Assembly: GCA_002633005.1 (NCBI GenBank)
Contig: NMRA01000422.1
Location: 1-64,000 of the forward strand
Length of the DNA: 64,000 nucleotides
Direction: 5' to 3'
Source: Phoronis australis
Lineage: Eukaryota > Animalia > Phoronida
Shown here: piece after piece, positions 27,622-51,535 of the stretch
Layout of the letters: each line of letters starts with the position of its first letter
Numbering within the stretch: position 1 is the stretch's first letter
Translations under genes and position numbers: made by a program
Notes under the pieces: model-generated
The model's input: the letters and a program-made list of their open reading frames with translations, nothing else
Database searches by the model: none
What the model was told of the DNA's origin: nothing

Positions 27622-29499
27622 GGGCTTCGCATATTATACCGGCCAAATGAGCTGCTTTGCAGTTTTACGACGGTCAGTCAACAGAGTACACAAACCGACA
27701 ATTAATTGAATGATATATTGCACTTTAGCGCCAATCTTGAGCCGCAAGTGTTCGCTTTTGGGTTTATAGACATGGGCAGCTCACCATGGGCCCCCACTTT
27801 TTAAGTGCTACGCCGCCCATGGTAGATGACAATCGGCGAAATTCATATTTACTGACAATAAGCGATCGATTAGTCTGTTGTATTAGGTAGACAAGATATC
27901 CTACAACTGTATGTTAACAGCATGTCCGCTAACTTACTGCCAATGCTTCTGTAGCAAAAACTGCACTTTTTAGCAGCGATATGAAATCGCGCTTGGTCGT
28001 TTCTTTTCTTTTCATGGCTGGTTCGTAATTCATAAGGAATTCAAATGTCTCGTACAAGTCCCCACATTAGCCTATAAAATAAAAAAGCTTTTGCCACCCT
28101 GTAACTATTGAAAGCCTGTTTATTTGCAATTCAAAATAATGTTAGTTATGTATAAAAACAGTACAATTGTCTATAACCACATCTACTACACGAAGTTATT
28201 GAATTGATAAAAGTAAAATATTTCTGACTTATGCATTTATCACCTGGCGTAGGCCTATCTGTACACCTGACAACAGTGTGAACGTGGACTATTGTGTGAA
28301 AATTTAAAAGCATTTCTAATTTGAAGTCATTCAGAGCCATTTCCATCAATAACCACGCTAATATTTAAAGATGCTGAAATTTAAATATATTTTGAACTAA
28401 ACTTAAGTTTGTTTTTACATGGATGAATGTTATTAGCCGAGGTTGCTGTGCCGGGCACTGTAGAATTTTCGCTACGGCAACAACATTGGCATAGCAACTT
28501 TGGCCAGTAACATTTAACATATTTATACCACATATCTTCTGTGCACTAACCACGTCACGTGACTGTACAATAACCTTCTAGGTCATCACACATTATTGCG
28601 TGAAGGTATTTGGTATAAAATTAGTATCATCCCGATGAACATTCTGCTTTTGTATATTTTTCAGGTAGGAAATGTCCGAACAAAGCCTGAAATTTGTTCT
28701 GAAATAAAATTGAAGTGTAAAACTCTTTTGCAGCTTTAAAATTTATCCTATCATGTTTTTGAATTGAACATCATCGTACTGAATCAGGTGGGAAGACATT
28801 CACTAGGCACCGACACAATACCATCCATGTACACTCATGTATGCCTAAATGATGACTTACTAGTAAATGTGGAATAATTGGGGTACCCAAGAAAAGGCTC
28901 TTCTGCTGACGACCGTATTTTTCTGGTGTAAGCCCAGGAACTGCAATTGGAAAGGTCGAAACACGGAGCTTGTTGCTCAGAGGGTTTGCGTGATGGAAGC
29001 CCATGGACTAGCGTCATCATGTGATGAACGCGCGCTGTGGGGATCTGCTTTTAAAGGCAACTTGGCGCAACGACATGGTTCTCCCACTGGACTGAGAGGA
29101 AAGACAGAAGGGCCTATACTCGAGATTAACACAAATGTGAGGGAAATGGCTTATACCTGGGTATGGGATTACAGGTATAACATAGTGAATGCGGTGTGTA
29201 GGCCTAGCCTAGAGGAGCTTTCGTCCCTAATAATTTGCAGGTGTATTGCTTATGGTGAAGCCACTATCATCATTCAAGTTTTCTTTTTCAATATTTGTTC
29301 AATTTTTTCAATGTCCAAAACTGCTTGTTACACACATAAGAACCTACATGCATGAGTTTCTTTCAAAAGATATATTTCTTTAATAATTGTTAACCAATGA
29401 TAGCCGTAACAAAAATCGACAAATTTCAAAACGACTCCTTTGTTCAATATGTTTAAAATTGCAAAGATTGAAGTTGACAATCGCCAATCTTCACTGTTA

Positions 29500-29619
29500 T
29501 CAGGATAGCCAAGGTTCGCCTTTAAACTGTTCGCACGCCTTTAACAACTCGGACCGAAGTGGTTCTTCAAAGGAGGTGTGACCCCCGTGTACAACCTTGA
29601 AGCTGGCTTCGGGCCACCT
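29500..29619 (-). CDS. pip: PIP-B exon 7 (catalytic His, stop)
   Basis: RWPEASFKVVHGGHTSFEEPLRSELLKACEQFKGEPWLS*. Confidence 0.9.
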   Translation of the reverse strand, partial: RWPEASFKVVHGGHTSFEEPLRSELLKACEQFKGEPWLS

Positions 29620-32600
29620 CTGAAACGAAAGTACAAGTACTGTAGGTTATATTCGTGTGCAGACTAGGGTTGTGCAGTATACAAATAAATAAAAGCGAGA
29701 AAGTCTAAGTTTTCATAAAGTGCTGAACAGCACAATTAAAAAACAACTCAACCTAGGAGGTATTTACACAGAATATATGTGAGGCGTCGCACAGAAGGGA
29801 TTTGCACATAGAATATATATGAGGCGTCGCACAGAAGGGCACCTGAACTTGCGTTCTGTGTTCATAACGGAGCTATGCCGGTTACAGACAACGAATAAAC
29901 CAAAACATTCATTTCTTAAGCCATCGCAGCACTCAATGTTTGTCAAAAATACTTTTTGATACATAACATCAGACCACATCATGGCATAGTCGTCTATTAA
30001 AGGACGACTGGGAAGTAAGTACTGAGCTCGCTTTTAGTGGACGACCAGGCACATTCCAAACTCTCATTAATCCAACAAAAATGAGCCAATTACTGCAGAT
30101 AAAAAAGACAAACGAATAAAAACCTTATGAAGCTGCCATGCAGTGTCCACTGGGCAACACATGTCGTAGCGTCCTTGTAATATGATGGCTGGTATGTGGC
30201 GGATTTTGTCAACGTTGTCAAGCAGGTGGGAGTCGGACTTGAAGAAGCCACCATGAACGCAGTAGTGGCTGGAGGGAAAATAAAGAGCAAACGTAGAAAT
30301 TCCGGAACAATGGGAGTGTTTTGTCCGAGTTTATTAAGCAATTATTTCAGAAGGACAAAGCCGAGTAAGGTACGAATTCAACAGGGGATGAACAATAACT
30401 CGTTTACAAAAAAATGCACCTTTCATTCATGTAGGAGAACACAAAATACCACATCTCATTACGCGGGCGTCTCTAGTTGGTACACCGAATGAATATTACT
30501 ATGTTCTACCTTGTTGATTATAACTGTAATAGTATTGTAGTTTGTACTGGAACTACACTTGCCTTATATGGCACAATTAGTTAGAATGGTTTATTATATA
30601 AGTCTTGCCAAACAGTTCTATGAAATATGACTCATATGCATGTGGTCTTGTGTATTGCAAAAACATGTTGTTGAACAGTAGTTAGTCAGTCCGCAATAAA
30701 GTAGTGTTCTAGTAAAGACGCCTTCTTCACTCCTCTCTCCACAAGCCATTACAATAACCACTTCAAATCTCACCATTCAATTTTTGAAAACTTCTTCACC
30801 CACTCGTCATTTCCTAACATTTTCGAATCGTCTGCCGGAATGAGACGCATCACGCCTATTTCCCAAGTGGCCCAGGCGCGTGCGCATTCCAACATTTTGT
30901 CCTCGTCGTCCCCGTTAAGGAAACGATTGTAAGCACTCATTAAATCGTGTCTTTCTACCTGCATAATGAAAATGTGACAGATATCAACAACAGAGATTCA
31001 TGCACCAACGGCGACCATCACCATCAACAAGAACAACGGAGGCAAAAAGACTGCCACATGAGCTGGCAAAAATGACGAAGTGACAACTGCAAAGAAAAAG
31101 GACGATGACGATTAAAACAGCTACTTATCATACTCTGAAATCAAAATTCACTCACACATACCTGTGGTATGGGCGCAAGGTACACATTCTCGTACAGTTC
31201 CGGGTGAACTCGGCTTGCACCATCTTGGAATATCCACAGCAACTCTTTCCTGAAACGACAGGCAGTGATAGCTCTTGCAGTCGATTTTACGCAGGAAGAT
31301 GTGAGTTAAAGTGTAGGTTACGAGGTCTCTAATTTCCACTCATCGTCTTGTCTCCCGTTTAACATAGCAGTGTGATATTTGATGGCCATCCTGTCAGCAG
31401 AATTTTTGCGTCTGTTGCTTAAACAAATTTAATTATTCACGATGATGTGCGTCCATCATAACAAGCCACTGTTCTGAATGAACAGCTGCAACGAAAAATA
31501 ATACAAAGGTTTTGCGAAGTGAAGGAGCCCAAAGACCACCGACTGATCGGTCAACTTCCTATGACGTCAGTTTTAAATACCTTCTCATTGTCCAGATGCC
31601 CATTATAATAATGTGGCCAACTCTGTCAGGATGAGTTTGTGAATAGGTCAGAGACAAAGTCGAACCCCACGAGCCACCGATGACCAAGTGCCACTTGGCA
31701 ATGTGCAGGTGCTGTCTTAGTTTCTCGATATCTTCCACAAGGTCCCAAGTCGTATTTTCCTGGAAATAATGTGGAAGGCTAATTTTCGGGTGCTGGAGTA
31801 GTGTTGATCACACAAGTCACGAGAGTATTTGTGTCTGTTCACTGCTTTCAACTATTGGACGCCGACACCTTGCCACGTTCCGACGACCACAAAGGCGACC
31901 GTTTGAAAAGGCCCACCGAAACGCCAAGACACAGAGATGACATTTTAAACGCCAAAAACATGCGGTGCTTATACTGTCTTATAAAAAGATAGTCTCAGAA
32001 ATTGGATTACTTGATATGTGATTTAGGCAACATGGTTTTATTTCATTCTCACGCACCTTTATCTCCCCAGGAGGAGTCGATTTGCCGCTACCTCTCTGGT
32101 CCAGCAGGACGATTCGGTAAACATCGGGATCGAAGTAACGTCTTGATAGACCTGAAGTCCCAGCACCGGGTCCGCCATGTCTTGATAAGAATATGAATGG
32201 ATTAAAGCGACATTTCGTAATGTTTAGCAGGCGAAAATGGAATAAAACCTTTGTCTCATAAAATTGGTCTCATAACATTCTTTGCTGCGATAGCATTTTC
32301 ATTCCGTAACTCCAACTCTAGTTACGACAGGCCATTACAGCGTTTTCCCGTTGCTCCCAACTTGTTCGATTCTATAGGCTGTAGCCCAACAACAAATTGG
32401 GAAGAACACCCCTGTAGCCAATATCTTACACGACTGATTAACTCCATTCCGACATTTATAGTTGGAGGGCCAGTTCTCTTTTGTTCGATAATTGCTCTAA
32501 TCTCCAGTAAGATCATATCTAGCCTCTGACTGGGCTGTGCTGCTAATAATAAAAGTTAAGTCATAACATATTTGAATATAAACCAATATCATTTCTGGTA

Positions 32601-33235
32601 TTTTCGTCAAATGGTGATCGCCCAACAACAACTGAAAGTTACGACAATCTATTCTTTCCGAATCTACCAATTCGCTCTGGGTTTGACTGTGTTCACACGT
32701 GGTCTGTAATACGATTGGTAGATAGTTGGCCTGCCCGTTGTCATACCAGACAAAAGACTGCGCTTGACAGTAACAAAGAATTAAGGTAGATGTTATCACA
32801 CACTCACCACCCTCTGCGTCTGGTAAAGTCACTGAACGGAAAAACGCCGTTATGAATGCGTACATGCGCCATTTTCGAATTCACAGTTTTAGTTGTGCAA
32901 CACCAATAAATTCTGAAGCGCTTTTAAGTCACTGATGCTTTCTATGTTCTTGTTACTGAGTTCAACGGAAGGAATGCCATGAAACGAGTTTGATGAGAGT
33001 TATTTGAGCTTCCAAAGTTAAAAATCAATAGTGCGACCTAAGTAGACTCAGTACAGAGCACTTAAATATACAACGACCTGTAGCCAATCAACTATTGTCC
33101 TTACAGAAATATCACCGGCTTCCCGTGCTTGTTTCCACTTTCTTCGTAATAGACCGTGTGTAACGACGACACAGATAGCATCCCCGTGATATAAGGCTCT
33201 ATTTCAGGATACAACTCTGTCTTCCCATCCTCCAT
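29500..33235 (-). CDS. pip: Proline iminopeptidase (prolyl aminopeptidase, S33) paralogue B, 7 exons, 323 aa
   Basis: Exons 33105-33235, 32057-32180, 31581-31759, 31162-31249, 30774-30958, 30124-30268, 29500-29619 join in frame (972 nt including TGA). Motifs LYPEIEPY, HGGPG, DQRGSGKS, GGSWG (Ser), QGRYD (Asp), GGH (His). Confidence 0.93.
29767..29840. repeat. ~42-bp tandem duplication
   Basis: agaatatat(g/a)tgaggcgtcgcacagaaggg twice. Confidence 0.8.
30124..30268 (-). CDS. pip: PIP-B exon 6 (catalytic Asp)
   Basis: HYCVHGGFFKSDSHLLDNVDKIRHIPAIILQGRYDMCCPVDTAWQLHK. Confidence 0.92.
30774..30958 (-). CDS. pip: PIP-B exon 5
   Basis: VERHDLMSAYNRFLNGDDEDKMLECARAWATWEIGVMRL...KKFSKIE. Confidence 0.92.
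31162..31249 (-). CDS. pip: PIP-B exon 4
   Basis: KELLWIFQDGASRVHPELYENVYLAPIPQ. Confidence 0.9.
31581..31759 (-). CDS. pip: PIP-B exon 3 (nucleophile Ser)
   Basis: [59 protein letters not shown]. Confidence 0.92.
32057..32180 (-). CDS. pip: PIP-B exon 2
   Basis: HGGPGAGTSGLSRRYFDPDVYRIVLLDQRGSGKSTPPGEIK. Confidence 0.92.
33105..33235 (-). CDS. pip: PIP-B exon 1
   Basis: MEDGKTELYPEIEPYITGMLSVSSLHTVYYEESGNKHGKPVIF|gtaagg. Confidence 0.9.
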
Positions 33236-36200
33236 AATTCTTCACTGTCGATCCCTGCGTCAGCGGAAAATCTTAAAATGAAGCACGGGTCTTGGAACGA
33301 CGAAGCTACACGTGAAGCTTATCAATATAATCTACAGCTCTATCGCACTAATAATACATAGGTATAATTGGTGTGCGGGTCACTCGACATGATAAAGCCA
33401 AAGATACGTCACTTGTATACTATGCTCTTAAAAACCTGGGAGTCTGTAATATTGGTCCTCAGCACACATCCCGTTATGAGGAGCTGATAAACTGGGCAAT
33501 TTTATGAATACCAATTTTACTGTTTTAAAACGAATTATAAAAAACACTAGGAACATCGACGTAACAGTTCCATATGAAAGTGTTGCTCTGCATGCAGGCT
33601 TGTAGCCCGCATTTGGCGTTGTGAAGAAAATAACTCGAAAAACTGTAGTCCTGGCTTACACAGTTTGGTTCGAATCTATCTGCCAACCTACCTACCGGTA
33701 TTTCCCAAGGGTGCTCTTTTGGAAACGCCAATTTTTCAAAAATGATTTTGGGTCCACAAAAAGTCGACAAGGCGGGGGGATTCTTTGGAAAAAACATTTT
33801 GATAGATTCGCAGCAATAGCGTCCTCATGATAATTCAGAAGAGAATGCATGAAAAGAAAATATTTACGAATATTCCAAAAATATCTGGTGTGAAACAATT
33901 GTTAATAAGGATAAACTCAGAACATATACCTTGTTCAAACAGTCTTTTTAACTGAACAATACATTGGGTTAACTCTGTCACGATCAGAAAGATCTCTTTT
34001 AGCTCTGTTACGTGAGGGAACATTCCTTTACACAGTGAAACAGGACGGTTTACAAATATGACAGCTGACGAAAGAAAATGTACATGTCTTCATCGAAGAT
34101 GAATTACATTTCATTTTTGTCTGACCATTTTATAATCACCTGAGTAATCTTCCATCCAAACTTGCTTCCCACAATTTATACTTTCAAATTATTTGAGTAA
34201 TATTGAATAACTCCAGGTTATGTTTCATAGTTTTCCTCGCCAATTGGCAAAATTTGTAAAAGAAGCTTACTTATACCCTAATATTTAACTGTAGTTATGT
34301 AGTTTTGAAAGGTGACAAATAAACCTGAAGGGTTGTAAAAACTTGCTGTATTACTCCATGGCCCGGGGTTTAATCTTAGTACCCGACATTTTTGCTTCAA
34401 GTGCCATAGATATTATTCTGGGTTCGAGTGCAGTGTTGACGCTGATGGATTATTCCAGATTTTCTAGAAACTCACCGGTCTTTACCTCGCCAAGGGTCAT
34501 CGAATGCAAAACTTGGACTAGAGACAGCGTGGACGGTTACAGTTGAACTACCGTGAGTGTGCACAAAAGTAGGGCGGAAAATGAGAAAAACAATTTCGAT
34601 TTCGATAATTTGGACCCCACCCCAAGCCCACGTGTGCACCGCCGGCTGTGGATACTTTTAGGGTCTAGGGTAACACGCCTGCGCCACAGGCGGGCACCTC
34701 CAGCGTTGGTGCACCCTGTAGGTTTACACATCCGGGTTAGAACGTGATGGCCTAAACTAGTTTTCGTGTGCCCTTAGATTTTGCGCAACAACGTGAAACC
34801 ACAGTCTGTGCATTGAACCGTTACCAGTTCGCCCATACACTGTATTTGGCGAATTCAGGAAACGTGACCAGACACCTTCACTAACCCAGTGTTGAGTTGG
34901 CCAACTTAGCTATTGCACTGGAGCAAAATCAGCCAACATGCTTGAGATGGAGAACCTTGACAGTGAAGTTAAAAATTTGTTCCTACTAATAAATTTGGTG
35001 TAATGCAAGCAGTATTACCCTGTAGTTCTTCACTTAATTTGCACAAAAATATTTGCCAGAATTCATTGTTCTTAATTTCAATGGTTTACTTAATAAAAAG
35101 ATGGTTATAATACAAACTGCCTTGTGTTGGGAAATATAACAGCCAATGGACTAAAATATGAACACATGTACTTATAGATTCTGAAACAAAAATTTGCAAA
35201 TTTTATTCTTCAGAAATTGAACCAACACTGTTTTTTGAAACTAACCCAAGAGTACTGCATTCTTAAGCGCAGGGAGTTCAGTACAAACAAAATCTGCACT
35301 GAATTTTGAGCTTGTATCCTGATACCGACAAGTGGGGCTTTTACACAGTGAAGCAGAAGTAAAGTAAAATACAACACAACTTTCTCAGTATAAAGCTCAA
35401 ACAGGAGAACTCCGATTCAAAACCTTCCCCACTGACTGTTCATTGACTGACAGACTTCATGCAGTTACCATAAAAGTAACTTTTGCAAAGTGTTAGTGCC
35501 TGATATTAACAGAAAGAAATTGTGTAGTTTGCAGATTTTTTACTTATCTTTAATATTTACACATGATTAATACAATGACTGTCATATTTCTTTCCTCATG
35601 AGATGACATTATTTGCTCATTACAAGTTCAGAATTCCATAGAACAAGATAATTATTCAGTGCAGATACATTCCAGCACAGAACCCAGCCCTAGTCACACC
35701 AAGCACAAGTTAATCAGCACCATTTAAAGTACAATCATTCTCCAATTATTTTGCGAGAAGTCGTATCTAGACTTAAATTCTAGAAATAGACAATATTGGC
35801 TGTCCCAAATTCATGAATCTCTGGAAAGACGACAAAATTACTCGCTCTGTAGATAGAAAACAAATTGTCCGAAATTTGAAAAATATTGTGAGCACTGAAA
35901 TCACCCTTGTAATAAATTCTCGAATCAAGAAGATTAAATTTTTGTGGGACTTTCTGCATCTCAAATTCTAGAGAATGTCCGAAATTGGATAACTTTTATC
36001 GAAAACAAGAGCGAACGATTCAGCTGCTTAGGTCAAAAAAGCATAGTTGGTTCTGGCTTTTGTTTTCTAAAAGTAAAGTCATTGTTGCGATGTTTTTCAG
36101 CTGCTCCCCTATTCAAAAAAGAAAATCCAACCAAGACAAGCAAAAGTGATAAGGACTTGCTTTTTCCTTTTTCCTTAATCATCACCTGACAAATCATGGC

Positions 36201-36490
36201 GTTTCAAATTGTGTTCGCCCTTGTTTACATGCTTTTGTACAATTTTTCAAACAAAAACATGAGATCTTGAGTGAAATTGATACAGGTGGATGTTTTTTTA
36301 TATTTTTGGTCCCATGAGTGCAGGTCTCAAAAAACAGAGTCATGGAAGAGATCAGAGCCACTTTTGCATTTTTTGGCCTTTTACAATTTAATGAATTAAT
36401 TTTCTTCTGGACATTGATATACCAAATTAGTTCATACTGGGCAGATAAACATGCGTACAACTGAATAGACTGAAACACGCACAACTGCCA

Positions 36491-47429
<10,939 letters not shown>

Positions 47430-48139
47430 GATTAACCCTGAGCCAACTAAAACAAAACTATTCACAAGTGCCCGGGCATACTTTTTGGTCAAAATGCTAT
47501 GCACATTAAATGGTAGACTTTCAATGCTTTCTTGCCTAAAATAGCATACGGCTAAATCACACTCAAGGTTCATATTTGAGAGTTGACTGTGTTACGGTCT
47601 CAAATAATTTTTTTAGATCACTTACCAAATGCAAACTGAGTCTCATATGCAAAAAGTTATTTAGTTGTGCAAACTAAAAAAAGAATCATCAAAATCAGAC
47701 AATGTTTAAGAAATTTATCCACGTTTTTGTCTATGAATTTTAAGCATTTTAAGCGTTACGAGTGGCCATTTTAAAAATTACAATTTTCAATTGTCAACAG
47801 TAAAAAAGAAATTTATTTTATCAAGTAAGCAATTGCTTAGACATGACTGGGAATAACTTGAGTCACTTTCAGAATCACTTAGATGAAGTTGTGCTTAATC
47901 ATTGAGAAATGGTAGGGTTCATCATAAAACAGGCACTCGTTACGAAATTTGTAAATTCTGTATTTCTAACCCTCACCTACTGTAAAGAAGGTTAAAACCT
48001 ATAGTTCACACTCTATTATAAAAAGAATTGTAGGATATGTTAGCCTAGGCAACACAGCAAATTATTCAATATCTAAACAAACCAAAAGTTTGGATATTGA
48101 CTTGGTTCTGCTCATGAAAATGGGCCAAAAAGGCTAACA

Positions 48140-49330
48140 AAAAGCAGTGCACGTACCCCCATGTGGAATTAAGTAACTCAAATGGTGATTGGAAATGAAA
48201 TCATTGCCTTTTAAATAGCAACATGGTGCTTATTATCATCAAAGAAAAATAAATGGCCATACAACATTATGTTACCATGAGATGAAGAAACAGTGATGTA
48301 GTTTACGTACCCCCTTTTGTATTGTACGTATCCCCATGTTTACAAATGCCATGAAATTAAAATATCACATGGTACAGTGAGCAACACTGGTCATAGACAG
48401 TTTCCTTCCTTAAAAATGTTATGTTAAAAGGGTGTTTATTGCAAATACATTTGTTTTGAGTGAAATATTAGCATTTGTGTAGAGTACGTACCCTAATATT
48501 TTAATTTGTGCATATTTTCAAAGTATGGCAGATATGCACATGAATGCTGTTTTTTATTTTTTCTCTTTGAATTGATTCAGTAAATCAATTAACTCTCAGT
48601 AGGTTCTTAGTATTTAGTTAAAAACTTGACATGTCATTGAAATATAGTGTACGTACCCCTACGTACTGTACATACCCCGATGTGAACAAATACCATGAAA
48701 CAAAAATATTACACAGTAAATAAGCAACACTTGTCACAGACAGTTTCCTCCTTTAAAAATGCTAGGTTAAAAGGGTGTTAATTACAAATACATTTGTTTC
48801 GAGTGAAATATTAGCATTTGTGTAGTGTACGTACCCCTACAATATAACATGTGCACATGTATGCAGTACTTATTATTTGTTCTCTTTAAATAGATTTGGT
48901 AAATGAATTAATTCTCAATAGATTCTAAGTATTTTTTTGTAAATCTGACAAGTCATTGAAATGTAGTGTACGTACATTCAACCTCTGTGACATAAAGTAT
49001 TGCCCACAAGTATTTTACTGCCAGAACTGCTGTTCTCATGAACAATACTGATATTTTCAAAATGAATCCTGTTCCAGTCTGACAAAAAAACAATGGACAT
49101 TATCAAATTTGTGGGCAAAAAATGCCACACAGGACTTGGCTGGTACTTAACATCCTACATAGAAGACACGTCATGTGACAACTGATATTGCAGAGGCAGG
49201 TTCTCCATCTCTCAAGACAACTTACAACAAACCAACAAGTAGAGGCAGCACAAAACTCAAGACCATCCTATACATTTGTAAATCAGTTAAAATTTGAGGT
49301 TGATTGACTGTGCCTAGTGTACGTACCCTC
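48140..49330. repeat. Repeat region with recurrent (g)tacgtacccc motif and a ~350-bp direct duplication
   Basis: About ten copies of acgtaccc(c); ~48300-48650 duplicated at ~48650-48975; probably the internal repeats of a DNA transposon. Confidence 0.65.
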
Positions 49331-50225
49331 CAACCAGTACCATTTTTACTGTTTACAAGTGAAACACTGGTCCTAGCATTGTTTTAACTATTTTGACCAA
49401 CTGGTGAATGTATTGAAAGCTAAGCAAATAGCACCAATAAAGTTTTTGACAAAAGTAGTTACTTGTCATTTTCTTTTTGTAAGAATCACGTTGCAAGAGA
49501 AGAAATTCTCATTATACTGTTTTAAGATATGCAATGTATCATCACTTAGAACAACTTGATCAGCACGGTAATACCATCCACGGTTTCCTGTTCCGGCAAC
49601 TTCGTAAGATATTTGCAGTCAAAGAACAAAAATATTCTCAAAAAGTCCAAACACACTAACAACTGTGTCGGTTCGAGGTCAAGTCAGGATGGTACAGAAA
49701 ATTGCCGGTTTGTCGCGCGAGTCACGATGTCAATAATGCCGTCTATCCGTAATTCATCGGTAATTTCCGTACCATCCTTGACCTCGAGCCGTCACAGTTG
49801 TAAATGTGTTTGGACTTTTTGGGAACATTTTTGTTCCTTGACTGCGAAGTCACAGGAACAGAAAACTGTGGATGGTATTATGAGAAAGAACAATTGCATG
49901 TTCATGGTTTGTTGAACCCCTGTTTTGTGTAACTTTTAATGAGTTATGTGTTTGATGTGGACGGCTGAATCGAAGCAGCCATGGAATTTCTAGCCTGGAG
50001 TGTCATACCTTGTACTCCTTGTAGTATTATATGTAGTGTATTGCTATTGTAGTATTATAGCTCTTTAGACTTATATTGAGTTCCGGTTCCATCAGCGTTG
50101 TTGTTCCTACAGGGACGATCAGAAGCTGAGGACGCCTGCGATCAGAAGCTGAGGACGCCTGTGGTACCTGGCTGTATTTTGACGATAATCTTCATTATTC
50201 ATCGTTATAGACATACATAGACATA

Positions 50226-51346
50226 CGCATAGTGTACCTAATTATCGGACGGAACCTAAATATCGGACATTTCATAGAATCTTACTTGAAGCATAATCTG
50301 AGAATTAAATGACACCAATTTTTGTTCCGCTGTAATGCATTCAATGTCCGGCACCGTCTCGTTTTTTTAAAGCGTTGCCTCGTTTTGATTTCACCGAGAG
50401 AGGGTGCAATTTAGACCCCCAAGTCGGCCTAAAATGGACGATCGCATAAATCGGTTATAAAAGTTGAAAATAAAATCTTTTTCCACAATGACACTATCTC
50501 ACTGAACTGACAATATGTCACTGTTCCATTTTTTCGTTTGTTTTTAAACTCAAGTCAAACCCCGACCGCGCACGTGCGGGTGTCATATCAAGAAGCCTAA
50601 GTGATACTAAAAACTGCAGTGAGTTTGCACGTGCTTTAGTCGTCTGCTCTAATTCATCGAAACGACTTGGCGCCGTCATCAGATTTCATTTTATGGATAA
50701 TTTTGTTGCGAATGGACCTGGGTTTCAGCAGCATATATGTCAAAACACTCGAGCTGAAATTTGGCGACAAGGTGCCAGCAGCCATTACACGGTTAGTCAG
50801 TTTTCCGCGGTGTGGCGTATGGAGAAACATGGTGTCCGATATTTAGGTTCTCCGAAGGTTTGGTTGTTGTGTTTTTTGAAGATCAGTCGGAACATAAATG
50901 TGGCTTTCATTGACAAGATATAGTAACAGAACAATTCCGTGAAGGTAAATCTTCATTTCAGCAAAGAATTTACAACAATCCGTAGAAAAATAACGTAGAA
51001 AAAATATCTGAAACTAAATAAGGCGATCCAGATCCTCCCAAGGATACTATTGTTACGTGAAATGAAGAATATAAATCGGTAAATAAAACAACAAGAATGG
51101 ATCAACTGAAATTTGAAATTTTCGGAGGTAACAACTTCCTTTATCAACAAAAACAGAAATAAAGTAAATTTTTACTTTATTTCTGTTTTTGTTGATAAAG
51201 GAAGTTGTTACCTCCGAAAATTTCAAATTTCAGTTGATCCATTCTTGTTGTTTTATTTACCGATTTATATTCAACAATCCGTAGTATTTTCAATTAAATA
51301 TAATGCAAAATGTGCCAAAACGTCCGATAATTAGGTCACTTGACTG
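50226..51346. mobile_element. Tc1/mariner-like non-autonomous element
   Basis: TIR core acctaattatcggacg / cgtccgataattaggt with TA flanks; outer TIR bases diverged. Confidence 0.6.
51067..51272. repeat. Perfect inverted repeat, 102-bp arms, 2-nt spacer
   Basis: gaatataaatcgg...aaagtaaa TT tttacttt...ccgatttatattc. Confidence 0.95.
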
Positions 51347-51422
51347 TAGTAGCTAGCTGGCAGGTTGCCTCTAGCATGCCTTGACAATTACTAGCATTGT
51401 GCGCGAAGTTTGTTTAGCCTAC

Positions 51423-51535
51423 CTGTGTTCACCACGGTTGTCTACGTGCTCACTTGCCTCTCCCACTTCCTCGTTTACGGCGACATCTGTAGACGTGATT
51501 TTTCAACGAGCAATCGAGAAAATGACGTCATTTTG
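51423..51535 (-). promoter_or_regulatory. Putative first (5' UTR) exon and promoter of PIP-A
   Basis: Donor CAG|gtaggc at 51422 could pair with acceptor tattttag| at 47535; CpG-richer patch with an ETS-like GGAAGTG and a CRE palindrome TGACGTCA at 51523-51530. Inference only. Confidence 0.4.

Noticed and set aside
28867-29355. Longest ORF in the track (162 aa, + strand)
   Set aside because: Non-ATG start, no recognisable motif and atypical composition; it lies antisense, just downstream of PIP-B.
29500-33235. PIP-B as a pseudogene or bacterial contamination
   Set aside because: All seven exons are in frame with GT-AG introns, the triad is intact, and it is embedded among host repeats next to USP40.
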